In this document: piece after piece, positions 27,584 through 38,385 of the stretch
Position numbering within the stretch: position 1 is the first letter of the stretch
Layout of the letters: the number at the start of each line of letters is the position of its first letter
Sequence record: PP601403.1
Length of the DNA stretch: 64,000 bases
Direction: 5' to 3' (one strand)
Notes under the pieces: generated by a model
What the model saw: the letters and a program-made list of their open reading frames with translations, nothing else
Told to the model about the DNA's origin: nothing
The model's database searches: none
Translations under genes and position numbers: made by a program

Positions 27584-29710
27584 TTAAAATACATCAGAAA
27601 TAGAAGTACGGATAAGAGAAATACTTGGAACAGCTTCCACAACATCCAATGGAATATCTAACAAAGGATCCGTGGTAGGAATGTCCCAAATATATTCACC
27701 AGATTCCATCCCACCAATTGCAGTTGTGTTAACACCAAGTTCAGCAACACCTGGTATTTTACCACCACCAAGTAAAGCCTCTACCTGCTCCCTAGACCAT
27801 TCCATGATATCAATTGATCTACTAGTGATGTTCTCTTCCTCACCAGTATCAAGATCAATTAGATAAACATAACACTTTTCATCCTGTCCTCTACGATGAA
27901 CCCGAGCGATGGTCTGTGTCAATTCGTAGGATCTAAATGGGGAGTTCATTAAGATGATCTGGTTAGCCATTAACATTGGCTTACCTTCCCTCAGTGTTTG
28001 GAAGGTAGTGATCAATGGGTTGGTATCTGGGTCATCGGTTAACTGTTCAATTACTTTATCAATCTCAGTACTGTTATTACCATACACGGAAACTGATTTT
28101 AAACCAACTTCTTTGAAGTAATCTTCCAACTCCTTAATAACTTCTACATAAGAAGTATAAACCAGAGTTTTCTTTTTAACACCTTCAATAAGTTTAGGTA
28201 AATTAGCATGACGAATGGTTTCCTTAATGGCATTCATTCGGGCTTTACCTAACACATTACCAAGAGCTTCACCTCTGATCTTTAAACCAACATATTTAAC
28301 AGCTGACTTAATGTGTCTAAAGTAATGAAGATCTTCTCCTTTCAAATAGGACTCAATTTCCTTTTCAACCGAAGCACAGAACTTTGATTTATCTGCATCA
28401 GTAAAGTTATTGTATCCATTAGCTTGAAAGTAGTTAACATAGTCCACATAAGTCTTTACTCTAGCCTGAATAGATTGGTCACTCCACTTACGTTCTTTGA
28501 AATCATTAACGTAAATTAACCAATCTTCCTTATAAGTACTCATACGTTCTTTATAGAACCTAACACGTTCTGTGATATAGGTCAACATATCAGTACGGAT
28601 GTTATTCAGGGTAAAGGCTTCAGCACCTGGGAAGGAAACTTTAATTACCTCAGGCTCAGGAGGAGCTTCCATGGTTGTAATAGCCGGGATGGTGTATTTG
28701 ATTCTACCTAATCTATGAGCAAGCATCTCATTAAGGAACGTGTTATCTCTCCCATACATTTTCAAGAAGTTATCTCTGACATTCTTATCAAAGAACTTAT
28801 CGATGATGGTAAACAAAGCGTAAGTTTCTTTACCTTGCGCTTTAATAGGAGTACCTGACATAAAGAGCACATCAGAGATATATGGGTGAGAACAGAAATC
28901 AATTAAACCTTTAGTTTGTTGAGAACTGTGTTCATTGTAGTTATGGCATTCATCTACAATCACTTTGGCTGGAAGTTGACCATTCTTAGTAATGGTTTTA
29001 ATAGCCAGTTCCCAACTCTCTGTGCGAATGGGTTCTTTATGAATAATAAAGATCTCAGCATCCACGTGGTTTAGGATGTTAGTTCCATCCAGAGAAGTCC
29101 AAACTTTAGGGGGTTTCTTATACACTTTATTGATTTCATTTACCCAAGGTGAATAGACCAACCCCTTTGGAACTACAATAAATAATTTACCTTTGGAGAT
29201 CATTTTACTCCAAATCAAAGACGTCGGACTCTTTCCAGAACCAACTACAGCGTCTAGTAAGCACCCCTTAAGTTGGAAACCGTATTTAATCCGACTGTAT
29301 TCTTCCAGGAAATCCCGTTGGTCAGGATAAGGTGTTATGGTAAACTCTTTAAGAGCTTCGTCAACAGGATAACTAGGAAAAGTTTGGTAAGTTGTTTCCA
29401 ACCATGTTTTGGTTTTGACTTCATCGTACAATTGTTTATAACGAAACAGACCGACGTAATAACGATCAACTGTACGTTTATTCTTTTGGTTAGTAAGATG
29501 ATCTAGAATCCAAGCAAGTTCCACCATAAAGAACTTGTGAATTTTAAATGATCTTGCATTAATCCTGGTAATAAGACGATTGAAAATAACACTTGTGCCG
29601 AAGTTATTTTTCAAGTCACTTTCAAATGCCTTTGTATTAATACCCGTAACTACATAAAACGAACCTACTTGCTCTACCTTTGGGCTGAGTGTAAAGTAAC
29701 CAGATAACAT
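27584..29710 (-). CDS. SF2 (SNF2/DEAD-like) helicase
   Basis: DAVVGSGKS Walker A, IVDECH, SGTPI, QTIARVHRRGQ. Confidence 0.88.
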   Translation of the reverse strand: MLSGYFTLSPKVEQVGSFYVVTGINTKAFESDLKNNFGTSVIFNRLITRINARSFKIHKFFMVELAWILDHLTNQKNKRTVDRYYVGLFRYKQLYDEVKTKTWLETTYQTFPSYPVDEALKEFTITPYPDQRDFLEEYSRIKYGFQLKGCLLDAVVGSGKSPTSLIWSKMISKGKLFIVVPKGLVYSPWVNEINKVYKKPPKVWTSLDGTNILNHVDAEIFIIHKEPIRTESWELAIKTITKNGQLPAKVIVDECHNYNEHSSQQTKGLIDFCSHPYISDVLFMSGTPIKAQGKETYALFTIIDKFFDKNVRDNFLKMYGRDNTFLNEMLAHRLGRIKYTIPAITTMEAPPEPEVIKVSFPGAEAFTLNNIRTDMLTYITERVRFYKERMSTYKEDWLIYVNDFKERKWSDQSIQARVKTYVDYVNYFQANGYNNFTDADKSKFCASVEKEIESYLKGEDLHYFRHIKSAVKYVGLKIRGEALGNVLGKARMNAIKETIRHANLPKLIEGVKKKTLVYTSYVEVIKELEDYFKEVGLKSVSVYGNNSTEIDKVIEQLTDDPDTNPLITTFQTLREGKPMLMANQIILMNSPFRSYELTQTIARVHRRGQDEKCYVYLIDLDTGEEENITSRSIDIMEWSREQVEALLGGGKIPGVAELGVNTTAIGGMESGEYIWDIPTTDPLLDIPLDVVEAVPSISLIRTSISDVF

Positions 29711-29723
29711 AAGGAACCCTTAG

Positions 29724-30803
29724 ATGGAAAATTTTAACTCTGATAAATTTGTTAGTTTTCTTCACTTCGCTAACTTTGTACTCCCTGAAGAAGGCATTAT
29801 GGAGCTAGATGAAGATACTGTAAACGAAGTAATCAAAATATCTCTTGGTGAACATCTCTTTACTGTTACTAGAAAGTTCTGGAATAAGTTTTGTAAGATT
29901 GTTGAGAAAGAAGAGTTAGGTGAACTACTTCAAATGCTGGAAGAAGTTGATGGTCCATTTAAGTATTCTGCTAAACCTAGTGTAGATGATTTCTTACCTA
30001 ACTTAGCTGAAGATCTGAAAGAACTTCCTGATAATGTTAAAGACGTTATTCAACAGCGTATTTCCGGTATTGTTAATATCACTGGTATTCAGATTCGTCG
30101 TTTGGCAGAGATCATTAACAAACGTATTGAAGACGTTAGTCGTGATGTTAACATTATCAAAGACTTTGATGCTTTTCTAACTCTTGATGTTACCTATGAG
30201 AAAGGATTTAAGCTGTTTCTCTGTTTTGATAAGATCAACCCGATCTTTGATGAACCAACTGATATTCAGATTCTTCGTACTCCAATGAGTAATGAAGACA
30301 TTAAACTTTATATCGGTGATGACTATAAAGAGATTCGTCGTTTGTTCACTTTGATCGAAGAAGCTGTCAATAGTCTACTGGAATGTAAAGCAGTTAGCTT
30401 TAGTAGTTTAGCTAAGGACTTTGCAATCAGCTTGGTTAATGGTTCTATCGTTCAACATCTACTTCAGATTACTCCAGTATTTATCTCGTTTGGTGGTGTA
30501 GATAACTGGAGACTGTTTGGTGACCTTACTCCTAACTCTACAGTTTGTCATAAACTGCTCGATCAGGAACTTGAGTACATTGTTAAGTACCTCAAAGAGA
30601 TTCCTTTAGAAGAAGGCGTCGACTATTACGCAGTGGATATTAACCATCTCACTGTATATGGTCGCAATAACCTCAATAAGACAGTCTCCGGTCCGCACAG
30701 TAAACATAGTGACCACCTATCCCTGCGTTACAATGACGGCTTCTTTAATCTACTCCTGTTGCGTTTAAAACAAGCTGACAATAAAATCTGTTTTAGTTAC
30801 TAA
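29724..30803 (+). CDS. Hypothetical protein
   Basis: 359-aa ORF. Confidence 0.7.
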   Translation: MENFNSDKFVSFLHFANFVLPEEGIMELDEDTVNEVIKISLGEHLFTVTRKFWNKFCKIVEKEELGELLQMLEEVDGPFKYSAKPSVDDFLPNLAEDLKELPDNVKDVIQQRISGIVNITGIQIRRLAEIINKRIEDVSRDVNIIKDFDAFLTLDVTYEKGFKLFLCFDKINPIFDEPTDIQILRTPMSNEDIKLYIGDDYKEIRRLFTLIEEAVNSLLECKAVSFSSLAKDFAISLVNGSIVQHLLQITPVFISFGGVDNWRLFGDLTPNSTVCHKLLDQELEYIVKYLKEIPLEEGVDYYAVDINHLTVYGRNNLNKTVSGPHSKHSDHLSLRYNDGFFNLLLLRLKQADNKICFSY

Positions 30804-30815
30804 GCAAACATAAAG

Positions 30816-30843
30816 CCTAAGGTAGACAATCGTCTACCTTAGG
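30816..30843. terminator. Bidirectional terminator
   Basis: cctaaggtagac-aatc-gtctaccttagg between convergent genes. Confidence 0.75.
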
Positions 30844-30846
30844 TAT

Positions 30847-31620
30847 TTACAGTTTCACTAATTCTTCAGAATGAATATTGAGAACTCGTGTTACTTCTGC
30901 GAGCAAAGTAAAAGAGTAACCAATGAAAGTCATGTTATCTGAAAGGAATTGAATAGACTCATTAAGCAAAGCAAAGTCAGCAGGAGATAGAATAATCTCA
31001 TTACTATCGACTTTACGCTTAACCAGTTTAACAATCTCTACAACTTGATCTGCTTGTTTAGCAAGAACTTCTGCATCACGAGATTTCAAAGTAACAACTT
31101 CTTTATTGAAGTATTTGATTACATCTCCCACTTCTGACCAATTGGTATAAAGTTCAGAAACAGGACGAGTGAATACTTTACTTTCTTTAAGCTGTTCTAC
31201 TTTCTCACGTAGTTCGCTAATTAGAACCAAGTGATCACCATTACGAATACTAAAAGGAACCTTACCAGTTGCGGCAGTATTCTTTAGTGCTCGATAAAGA
31301 TCTTCAGCTTGAGTCATAACCAGTTTCATAGCACCGATAGATTGGAGTAACAAAATAGCATACTCTTTGAAACTCATCTGTGCTGGGTTAAAGAAAACTG
31401 GGGATTGGATATGTTTGAACGAGACATCAAAATAAGTTTTATTACTTTTCAACCAAACACTTGGATCTGTTTTAACAGTATGAATGGACTTATTAAAATG
31501 TTTGGCATTGAACTTATCAATACCTAGAGAAAACTCTTTATACAGAGATGAAATACGCTCACCAACGGTAAGTGCTTCATTTCCAGTGATCTGATCAAGA
31601 TCAAAAATACGAGTAGTCAT
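30847..31620 (-). CDS. Probable virion head protein
   Basis: 257 aa; N-terminal ITGNEAL putative processing site. Confidence 0.55.
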   Translation of the reverse strand: MTTRIFDLDQITGNEALTVGERISSLYKEFSLGIDKFNAKHFNKSIHTVKTDPSVWLKSNKTYFDVSFKHIQSPVFFNPAQMSFKEYAILLLQSIGAMKLVMTQAEDLYRALKNTAATGKVPFSIRNGDHLVLISELREKVEQLKESKVFTRPVSELYTNWSEVGDVIKYFNKEVVTLKSRDAEVLAKQADQVVEIVKLVKRKVDSNEIILSPADFALLNESIQFLSDNMTFIGYSFTLLAEVTRVLNIHSEELVKL

Positions 31621-31677
31621 GCTATGGAAATCCCATTAGTGTGAATCGATTCATAACATTTGAGAAAAGGGTTGATT

Positions 31678-33144
31678 ATGCTTTCTGCTTTGAGTTTCAT
31701 TAAAGATTATGGTGCCGATTCTAATCTGCAAATCGGGCTAAACGTCTCTCCAATTTTTGATATGCAAACCACGAACATGATCAAGGGTGAAGATGATGTT
31801 TGGTATATGAATGGTGGGTTGATGCCAATCAATGCATTGGCTGGTGGTAACAACACCCAGAAGACTGGTCGACTGGTTAAAGACTGCGCGGCTCTACTTC
31901 ACCGATTCCGTCACGCAACTATTCTTTACGGTGATACTGAATCTACTCTGGATGTTAACCGTCTTGCTGAAGAAGTAAACCGTTTGTATGGCATTGAAAA
32001 CTACTTCGAAGATTATATCGAGGATAAGCGTTTCTTCTACATGCCTAACTCTGCTGGTATTGACGGTACTGAGCTTCATAACAAAGTACTTGATATCTAT
32101 AAACGTATCCAAACACTCTCAGAGTCCAAAGATAAAGCTGAACAAGAAGCGTATAAAGAACTCTTCATGGATACCCCGTGGACTTCTAAGAAGACAGGTA
32201 AACGTATTCAAGTTCAACATCCTATTCTCTTTATCTGTGATTCCATTTCAGAAGTCATGTTTGACAAACTAATGTTCAAACAGTTTGATGAAGGTGATAT
32301 GGATGAGGGTGGTAAGAAACGTACTCGTGATATGGAGATCGGTAACCTTCGTCGTATCCTGATGACTGATGTTTGTATCCTCGGTCCTCGAGTAGGTATT
32401 CGTTCTTACTGGATCGCACAATCTGCTGATGTAATCAATATGGATGGTAAACCTAAAGAGAAAGACTCTACCTTCCTTCGTCACAACAAGAAACTCTCTG
32501 CTCCTAAAGCAATGTTGAAACTCCCTCACATTGGTGTAGAGATTATCAAGGGGACGGTATTGAAGCAGACAGATCACTCCGTTACTTATCCTCGTGGTAA
32601 AGAAAGTCAGATCGAAGTTAATGCTAAGAGTAATCCAGATCTTGTTGAATACTTCACTACAGTGTTTCGTAACAAGTCAGGTAGCTCAGGTGGTGACATC
32701 TCCTTTATCGGTTCTCAGGAGCTGGGTATTCAGGAAGGCATGAGTATGTATCACATGCTCAAAGAAGCTAAGTACTTTGGGTTGACGGGTTCTGCTGTTC
32801 GCCACGCTTGTGCTCTTTATCCTGAGTGTAGTTTGATGCGCACCACAGTACGTGATCTGGTAGAAGGTGAAACACGCGATCCTAAGTTGTACCGTGCTAT
32901 TGAGATCACTTGGCAACTGTGGTTTATTCAGACCTTCTGGAGTAACATCCCTGCCAACTTCCGTATCACCCCAGAGGAGCTTTATAACGCTGTTAAAGAA
33001 CAAGGTATCGATTGGAATGATATCCTTGAGAACACAGTTTACTTCTGGCACGATAACCCGGAACACATTAAGAAACACACACTGACTGTTTATGAACTTC
33101 TAGAGATTGCAGTCAATAAGAAAAAACCTTATTGGATTAAATAA
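31678..33144 (+). CDS. uvsX: UvsX/RecA-like recombinase
   Basis: AGGNNTQKTG Walker A-like, YGDTESTL, LFICDSIS Walker B. Confidence 0.75.
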   Translation: MLSALSFIKDYGADSNLQIGLNVSPIFDMQTTNMIKGEDDVWYMNGGLMPINALAGGNNTQKTGRLVKDCAALLHRFRHATILYGDTESTLDVNRLAEEVNRLYGIENYFEDYIEDKRFFYMPNSAGIDGTELHNKVLDIYKRIQTLSESKDKAEQEAYKELFMDTPWTSKKTGKRIQVQHPILFICDSISEVMFDKLMFKQFDEGDMDEGGKKRTRDMEIGNLRRILMTDVCILGPRVGIRSYWIAQSADVINMDGKPKEKDSTFLRHNKKLSAPKAMLKLPHIGVEIIKGTVLKQTDHSVTYPRGKESQIEVNAKSNPDLVEYFTTVFRNKSGSSGGDISFIGSQELGIQEGMSMYHMLKEAKYFGLTGSAVRHACALYPECSLMRTTVRDLVEGETRDPKLYRAIEITWQLWFIQTFWSNIPANFRITPEELYNAVKEQGIDWNDILENTVYFWHDNPEHIKKHTLTVYELLEIAVNKKKPYWIK

Positions 33145-33146
33145 TT

Positions 33147-33500
33147 ATGCTTCACGACTATTCTGTATTGGTATTGGTAGAACCGGATTTCAACTTCAAA
33201 GCGAAAGATGTCGAAACTTATCTAGCTAAACTTAAAACGTTTCTGTTAAAACGTGCTGGTGATATTAATCTGCGTGTGGTAACAGTAGAAGGTAAGTACG
33301 GTATTCCTGGTGTAGAAGTTATGCCAACCGATAATCGAAATAAGACTGCTTTCATTAAAGCTGTCGAAGATTATTTGGGACAACTCAATGAGATTGTCGT
33401 AATTGCTAACTTCCAGAAAGAACCTTATTTAGATGCGGTTAGTATTAAAGCGTCAGAAGCATCTAAGACATTCACTGTTTATGGTTACGAGACCAAGTAA
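33147..33500 (+). CDS. Hypothetical protein
   Basis: 117-aa ORF in operon. Confidence 0.65.
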   Translation: MLHDYSVLVLVEPDFNFKAKDVETYLAKLKTFLLKRAGDINLRVVTVEGKYGIPGVEVMPTDNRNKTAFIKAVEDYLGQLNEIVVIANFQKEPYLDAVSIKASEASKTFTVYGYETK

Positions 33501-34178
33501 ATGAAACATCGTAGCGAAATTGAAGAAGAGATTCTGACATTCGCAAAGCGCATGACACCAGGTGGCGGAAGTCACCTGGTTTATAAAGCTCTGTTTAAGA
33601 AAATGAACGATGAGCAATTTAAAGCGTTTTGGAATGGTATTTGTGACAGTAACTTTATTCCTGTCTTTGTGAATAACTTTGACAATAAGGAGATGATTGA
33701 TTACGATGATGTTTGTTTGTTCGCAAAAGAACTAAACATTCCGTTGGAGCAACAACTCGTTATTACTGATCCTGATTCTGGTTTGGAATATACCACTCCT
33801 GAGACAGCCATTGTAGGTTACGCAGAGATGCGTAAACAGCGTCAGTTGCAAGCTAAGAAGTTTGGTGCTAGTAAGAACGACCATGAGACAGAAGACCTTA
33901 CAGGACAACCTACAGGAGATTCTAAAGCAGGTGGTATTAGTTCACCTGAAATTCGGGTACTGTTGTCTCTGGGGTTGAAAACTACTGCTAAAGAGCTCTT
34001 TGATGTTCGTGGTGGTGATGTTAAAGCTTATCGGGCTTACAAGTCAGATATTCTTACTAGCGGTGAAACGACTACGCAATCTTCTTTGCAACGTGGTTCT
34101 GGTGTTAAGTCTCTTCAGACAGCACACTTCTTACTGCGTGGTAGAATGCTTGATAACAATCTCAACGCTAAGGGTTAA
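33501..34178 (+). CDS. Virion RNA polymerase beta subunit, C-terminal fragment (phiKZ gp149-like)
   Basis: LTGQPTGDSKAGGISSPEIRVLLSLG...ELFDVRGGD parallels RpoB [22 protein letters not shown]...EMLTVKSDD. Confidence 0.75.
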   Translation: MKHRSEIEEEILTFAKRMTPGGGSHLVYKALFKKMNDEQFKAFWNGICDSNFIPVFVNNFDNKEMIDYDDVCLFAKELNIPLEQQLVITDPDSGLEYTTPETAIVGYAEMRKQRQLQAKKFGASKNDHETEDLTGQPTGDSKAGGISSPEIRVLLSLGLKTTAKELFDVRGGDVKAYRAYKSDILTSGETTTQSSLQRGSGVKSLQTAHFLLRGRMLDNNLNAKG

Positions 34179-34180
34179 CT

Positions 34181-34633
34181 ATGAATCAACTACCTATTCC
34201 AGGCCAACTTGCTGATCCTGTTGAAGCTCTGCTAGGGGATATTGTTGAAGAAGCAATGATTGAGATTATTGCTAATAAAGACAGTTCTCTATTTTGGACT
34301 AAGCTTAAAGATCATCTTTACGATACTGCTTTAATTTCGTTTGAAGAAAACTACAATAATCTAATTGCTGACTTGGGACAAACCCCAGATGCATTTGATT
34401 ACTTTGTTAGATTTGTTCAACGCGTATTAGCTAAACCTTACTGCTCTGAAGCTTTGCGTAAAGTAGAGTCTACTAGAGAGTTGGTTAATAAAACAGCTGG
34501 GCTAGATAACATGTTGGTTGTTACTGCCGATAATAAAGATCAGGTTAAACCTATCTGTTATATGCTCGCTGTGTACGCTCCAATCACGATGTATCGAATT
34601 AATGTCATTGGTGTAGATAAAGGGGAAGAATAA
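34181..34633 (+). CDS. Hypothetical protein
   Basis: 150-aa ORF in operon. Confidence 0.65.
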   Translation: MNQLPIPGQLADPVEALLGDIVEEAMIEIIANKDSSLFWTKLKDHLYDTALISFEENYNNLIADLGQTPDAFDYFVRFVQRVLAKPYCSEALRKVESTRELVNKTAGLDNMLVVTADNKDQVKPICYMLAVYAPITMYRINVIGVDKGEE

Positions 34634-35361
34634 TGGACATCCTCGTATACACTGATCTAGACAGCTTATTTGATACACGCCGTGGAATCCTTCACAAACT
34701 TGCTTTAGAATCTGGTAATGTTAACTTCAACTGGGATAGTCAATTCTCCCAAATCTACGCTAGGCGAAAGTACGATATCTTTAATCAGCCGGAACTTGGA
34801 ATTACTCAAGAGAAGTTCGAAGAGAGGTTTGATAAAAGAACTCTTGATGATTTTGCTGACTCAAAGTGCGCTTATGTGCTTCCGAGTAAGCTTATCAATC
34901 ATATGTTTAATATTGTACGCGAGTTGGAATTTGGTGTAGGTAAGATGTTGTCCATGAGCACATTCAATGTGACAGTTAACCTATACCCATTCGAGCTCAG
35001 TTTAGAAAGACAGAAAGCACTGGAAGATACGTTACGTGGCGCTGTGAAGTTTAACATAGGTATTAACTTTGTTAATATTCCTTATGATGATCAACGTGCT
35101 AAGTATCTTAACAGTTTTCAATATGTCTTTAAGTATGATATCTTCTTGTCTAAACACATGAAGAATTATTGGTCAGATTACGGAACGTGCCAACCTAGCA
35201 ACGTGAAGTTTATCGTACCTGATGTATTAGCAAAACAAACAGAACTACCCGAAGGAATGGATGCTGAATCTCCCAGATCTCTCATCAGTAAGCTGAATAT
35301 CTCCCTTGGCGGTAAAACGACCTTTGTAGCAATTGATAAGACTATCTACGACTATCGTTAG
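34633..35361 (+). CDS. Hypothetical protein with HAD-like N-terminal DLD motif
   Basis: ILVYTDLDSLFDTR; TAATG overlap with upstream gene. Confidence 0.55.
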   Translation: MDILVYTDLDSLFDTRRGILHKLALESGNVNFNWDSQFSQIYARRKYDIFNQPELGITQEKFEERFDKRTLDDFADSKCAYVLPSKLINHMFNIVRELEFGVGKMLSMSTFNVTVNLYPFELSLERQKALEDTLRGAVKFNIGINFVNIPYDDQRAKYLNSFQYVFKYDIFLSKHMKNYWSDYGTCQPSNVKFIVPDVLAKQTELPEGMDAESPRSLISKLNISLGGKTTFVAIDKTIYDYR

Positions 35362-35374
35362 ATAACGGCAAATA

Positions 35375-35406
35375 CTCCTACTCTCCCTTAACTGGGAGAG
35401 TAGGAG
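35375..35406. terminator. Bidirectional terminator, CTACTCTCC family
   Basis: ctcctactctccc-ttaact-gggagagtaggag. Confidence 0.75.
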
Positions 35407-35421
35407 ATTTATGTCTAGTAT

Positions 35422-35961
35422 TTATTCGTCAAAACTTTCTTCAATTTCTTTTGAATCTACAACAATCAAACCTTGAGCTAATTCCTCTGCTTTGATCATT
35501 GTTTCGGAATCCAATTGTGTGACAGGTTTTAGGGGATCTAAAATAATACCCATGTCGCCATAGTTGGGAATTACAAGTTTACCATTAGCTACTTCATTAA
35601 GAGCATTAACAAAAGCTGCAAAGGAAGTCTTGTTGTCTTCCATCTCTTTTGCCTTTTGAAGTTCCTTTCTGTTATCACGTACTGACTTCTCTAATTGACC
35701 GATCAGAGTGTTGATAGAATCAAGTAGTTTACAGTTAGATGGTTTACTAATGTAAGTTTGAGTGGCAATGTCCAACAGCAAAGTACGTTGCTTTTGAACT
35801 AAATTAATAAGCTCATTTTCTGTCTCGCTATTTTGATCTTTCTTCAAAATAGCATTAATGTTACTAATAAGGACATCCTTATCTTTCAACATTACATCGC
35901 TCTTAGTACCTTCTACTGGAGGAGGTAGGATTCCTGAATCCTCCATTTCATCATCGTACAT
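35422..35961 (-). CDS. Hypothetical coiled-coil protein
   Basis: 179-aa ORF. Confidence 0.65.
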   Translation of the reverse strand: MYDDEMEDSGILPPPVEGTKSDVMLKDKDVLISNINAILKKDQNSETENELINLVQKQRTLLLDIATQTYISKPSNCKLLDSINTLIGQLEKSVRDNRKELQKAKEMEDNKTSFAAFVNALNEVANGKLVIPNYGDMGIILDPLKPVTQLDSETMIKAEELAQGLIVVDSKEIEESFDE

Positions 35962-35983
35962 AATTTACTCCAATTTTAGTCTT

Positions 35984-36010
35984 TCTATAATTTTTGAGAT
36001 AGATATTATT
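35984..36010 (+). promoter_or_regulatory. Putative early promoter
   Basis: tctataatttttgagatagatattatt, identical to 21235-21261. Confidence 0.75.
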
Positions 36011-36065
36011 CTCATGGTAAACACATGAGAAGTTTTCTACTAATGAGAATAAGGATACATTACTC

Positions 36066-36614
36066 ATGTTCTTTAAGAAGTTGCTTGCTAAGATACCATT
36101 TATTCGTAAAAGAATGATTAAGTCAATTAGAACTAAACTAACTGAGATCTTAGAAGACTTTGATTCTGGAGCATTTAACGATATCTACGTTAAAGCTTTA
36201 CAAAGCATTCTAAAATCGCCTGTAATCGATTTTAACGAAGAGTTGGTACTTGGTTCAATCAATCCCATTAAGACGTTTAGCAATAGCTCAGCGGCTCTTG
36301 TATTAAGTATAGAGAAGAAGGAAGTAAAGAAGTCAGTAATGATGAAGAATGGGTCAGTGGCTTTAACCCAGAATACCAGATCGTTCTCTAGATGGTATTC
36401 AAATAAAGAAAGTATAGAAACGTTTGTTGGTGTACTTAGCGTATGCTTGGAAAAACAAGTTATGCTAATGGAACCAGTTCTTGTCAACGGAGATAAAGTA
36501 GTCGAAGTTGTTATGACACCAGATGAGGATGAATTCCTTGATAGTCTATTGTATAGACTAGCTCTGGTTGATCTAGTTAACATCATCGACTTCTACCTAG
36601 AGAGACAGGTATGA
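36066..36614 (+). CDS. Hypothetical protein
   Basis: 182-aa ORF after promoter, AAGGA RBS. Confidence 0.7.
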   Translation: MFFKKLLAKIPFIRKRMIKSIRTKLTEILEDFDSGAFNDIYVKALQSILKSPVIDFNEELVLGSINPIKTFSNSSAALVLSIEKKEVKKSVMMKNGSVALTQNTRSFSRWYSNKESIETFVGVLSVCLEKQVMLMEPVLVNGDKVVEVVMTPDEDEFLDSLLYRLALVDLVNIIDFYLERQV

Positions 36615-37033
36615 ATGACCAAAAGAAAACAAAAACAGTTCCCTTTGGAAAGAATAAAAACTACGTTCCAAAAGAGCAACTAACTGATACCCCGAGTCGA
36701 ATGTTTAGAGATATCATGGACGTCATGGGAGTCAATGCAGCTAAGTGGAAATCCTACATGGATGAATACTTGCGTTGGATCCACCCAGATGACTCCGGTA
36801 CACCATTAGAGGTTAAGAAAGCCAGAGGTACTTCATTAGGTAATGCGCAGAGTGCTTACTTTTGTAGTCGTACTTTGAGTTTTAACAAACTCATTACTGG
36901 TTTAAAGATTCTTAAACTCAAACGTGTAACTTTCAAGATAGAGTGTGAAACAGAATCAGGAGAAATCTTTGATGTTTCTGAAACTACTATTTTGAGACGT
37001 TCACGTTCAGATGTAATTGATGATAAAGATTAA
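36611..37033 (+). CDS. Hypothetical protein
   Basis: 140-aa ORF, ATGA overlap. Confidence 0.7.
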   Translation: MNDQKKTKTVPFGKNKNYVPKEQLTDTPSRMFRDIMDVMGVNAAKWKSYMDEYLRWIHPDDSGTPLEVKKARGTSLGNAQSAYFCSRTLSFNKLITGLKILKLKRVTFKIECETESGEIFDVSETTILRRSRSDVIDDKD

Positions 37034-37043
37034 TTAGAGTAGT

Positions 37044-37069
37044 TCGATACCTCCTGTTGGAGGTATCGA
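37044..37069. terminator. Stem-loop terminator
   Basis: tcgatacctcc-tgtt-ggaggtatcga. Confidence 0.65.
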
Positions 37070-37105
37070 CACTCTTCATACTTATTTTATTTTTAAGGGT
37101 TTATT

Positions 37106-38221
37106 ATGAACTTACTTCAAAACAATAATCTATTCAAAGGCGTCGATTTAGATAACCCTTTGCAAGCTGCGTCTAAATCAATCTCTGATGCAATGAGTGG
37201 GTTTAGTGATCAGTTAATTAATCCAATGAAGAACATAACAGAATCTGTTAGTTCTGGGGTTGCTTTGGTTGGTGAAAAGGACTCTATGCTCACCAAGGCA
37301 CTTACTACCTTTAAGTCCATCAACATTGAGAAGATTCAATCAGGAGTAACTGACTTAGTAGGGGGTATTCTTAACTCTCCTGATTTAGGATCTATTCTCT
37401 CTTATGAAGATGGATTCAAAGTAGACACTGATCAGTTGATGAGGATTGCGTCCCAGGGACTTGGTTACAGTATTAATGGTATCTCAGATATTAAGAATCA
37501 ATTAGGTTCTAGTTTCCTAGATGAACTAAACTCCATGACTGGTGGATTAGCCTCTGGTCTTTATTTCGATGATGGGATGAAACTTCGGATTAACGATGGC
37601 TGGGAAATGGGTGCTATTGATACGCTCACCGCTTTCCTTGGTAAGAACAATCCAGCATTCGCTAAGATCCAAAGTTTAGCTGGAGTTAACTCTATCCTCA
37701 ATACCATGTTGAAACAGGCTGCTCAAAACGGCATGTATCAAAGTTTTGAAGATTTCAGTAATCAATATTTGTTCACTAGCGACTATGTTGATGCTATTAT
37801 CAATTCACTAGAGTACTGTATTGGTAAAGGTGATATTCAATCAATTAACAAGATCTTTGAAATTATTAGTTCTGATGGATTACCAGTAGTAAGAGCTAAA
37901 TATCCAGATCTAATTGAAAGGATGTTGGCTAACTTTACGTTTAGTTCTGAAACTAATCCTGAAGATTATCAAGAGCTCGGTATATTGCTTAAGAAGCTCT
38001 GTGAGATCGTTGGTGGTGAACACTGGTATCTTTACCAAACAGAGTTCGGAATGGCTGTAAACCTCGTTACAGTGGCTTTAATTAGCGATGATGCTAAACT
38101 ACTCCTTTCTGACTATCCTGAGTACTGTCCATTCTTATGTGCTTCTGGTATTTATCAAGAAGTAGATGCTAGGGAACACTTCTTATCACAATTCCCTAAT
38201 GCAATAGCATTTGAAAACTAA
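37106..38221 (+). CDS. Probable virion (tail/baseplate) protein
   Basis: 371-aa ORF next to the tail genes. Confidence 0.5.
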   Translation: MNLLQNNNLFKGVDLDNPLQAASKSISDAMSGFSDQLINPMKNITESVSSGVALVGEKDSMLTKALTTFKSINIEKIQSGVTDLVGGILNSPDLGSILSYEDGFKVDTDQLMRIASQGLGYSINGISDIKNQLGSSFLDELNSMTGGLASGLYFDDGMKLRINDGWEMGAIDTLTAFLGKNNPAFAKIQSLAGVNSILNTMLKQAAQNGMYQSFEDFSNQYLFTSDYVDAIINSLEYCIGKGDIQSINKIFEIISSDGLPVVRAKYPDLIERMLANFTFSSETNPEDYQELGILLKKLCEIVGGEHWYLYQTEFGMAVNLVTVALISDDAKLLLSDYPEYCPFLCASGIYQEVDAREHFLSQFPNAIAFEN

Positions 38222-38226
38222 TATCT

Positions 38227-38256
38227 CCTTACCTAACCTTAATTGGTTAGGTAAGG
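38227..38256. terminator. Stem-loop terminator
   Basis: ccttacctaacc-ttaatt-ggttaggtaagg. Confidence 0.75.
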
Positions 38257-38311
38257 TTTAACACTATATTAAATTATTTTATTAAGTAGATAGTCTATTA
38301 TATGTTACCAT

Positions 38312-38385
38312 GGAAACCCCTGGACGCCCGGGTAGGGCTTTGATTGTATATTAGCGGAACGTAGTGACTTCCTTTATTCTTTAAT
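38312..38385 (+). repeat. Intergenic structured element, copy 2
   Basis: GGAAACCCC, GCCC-GGGTA-GGGC, GAACGTAGTGA, CCTTTATT shared with copy 1. Confidence 0.6.
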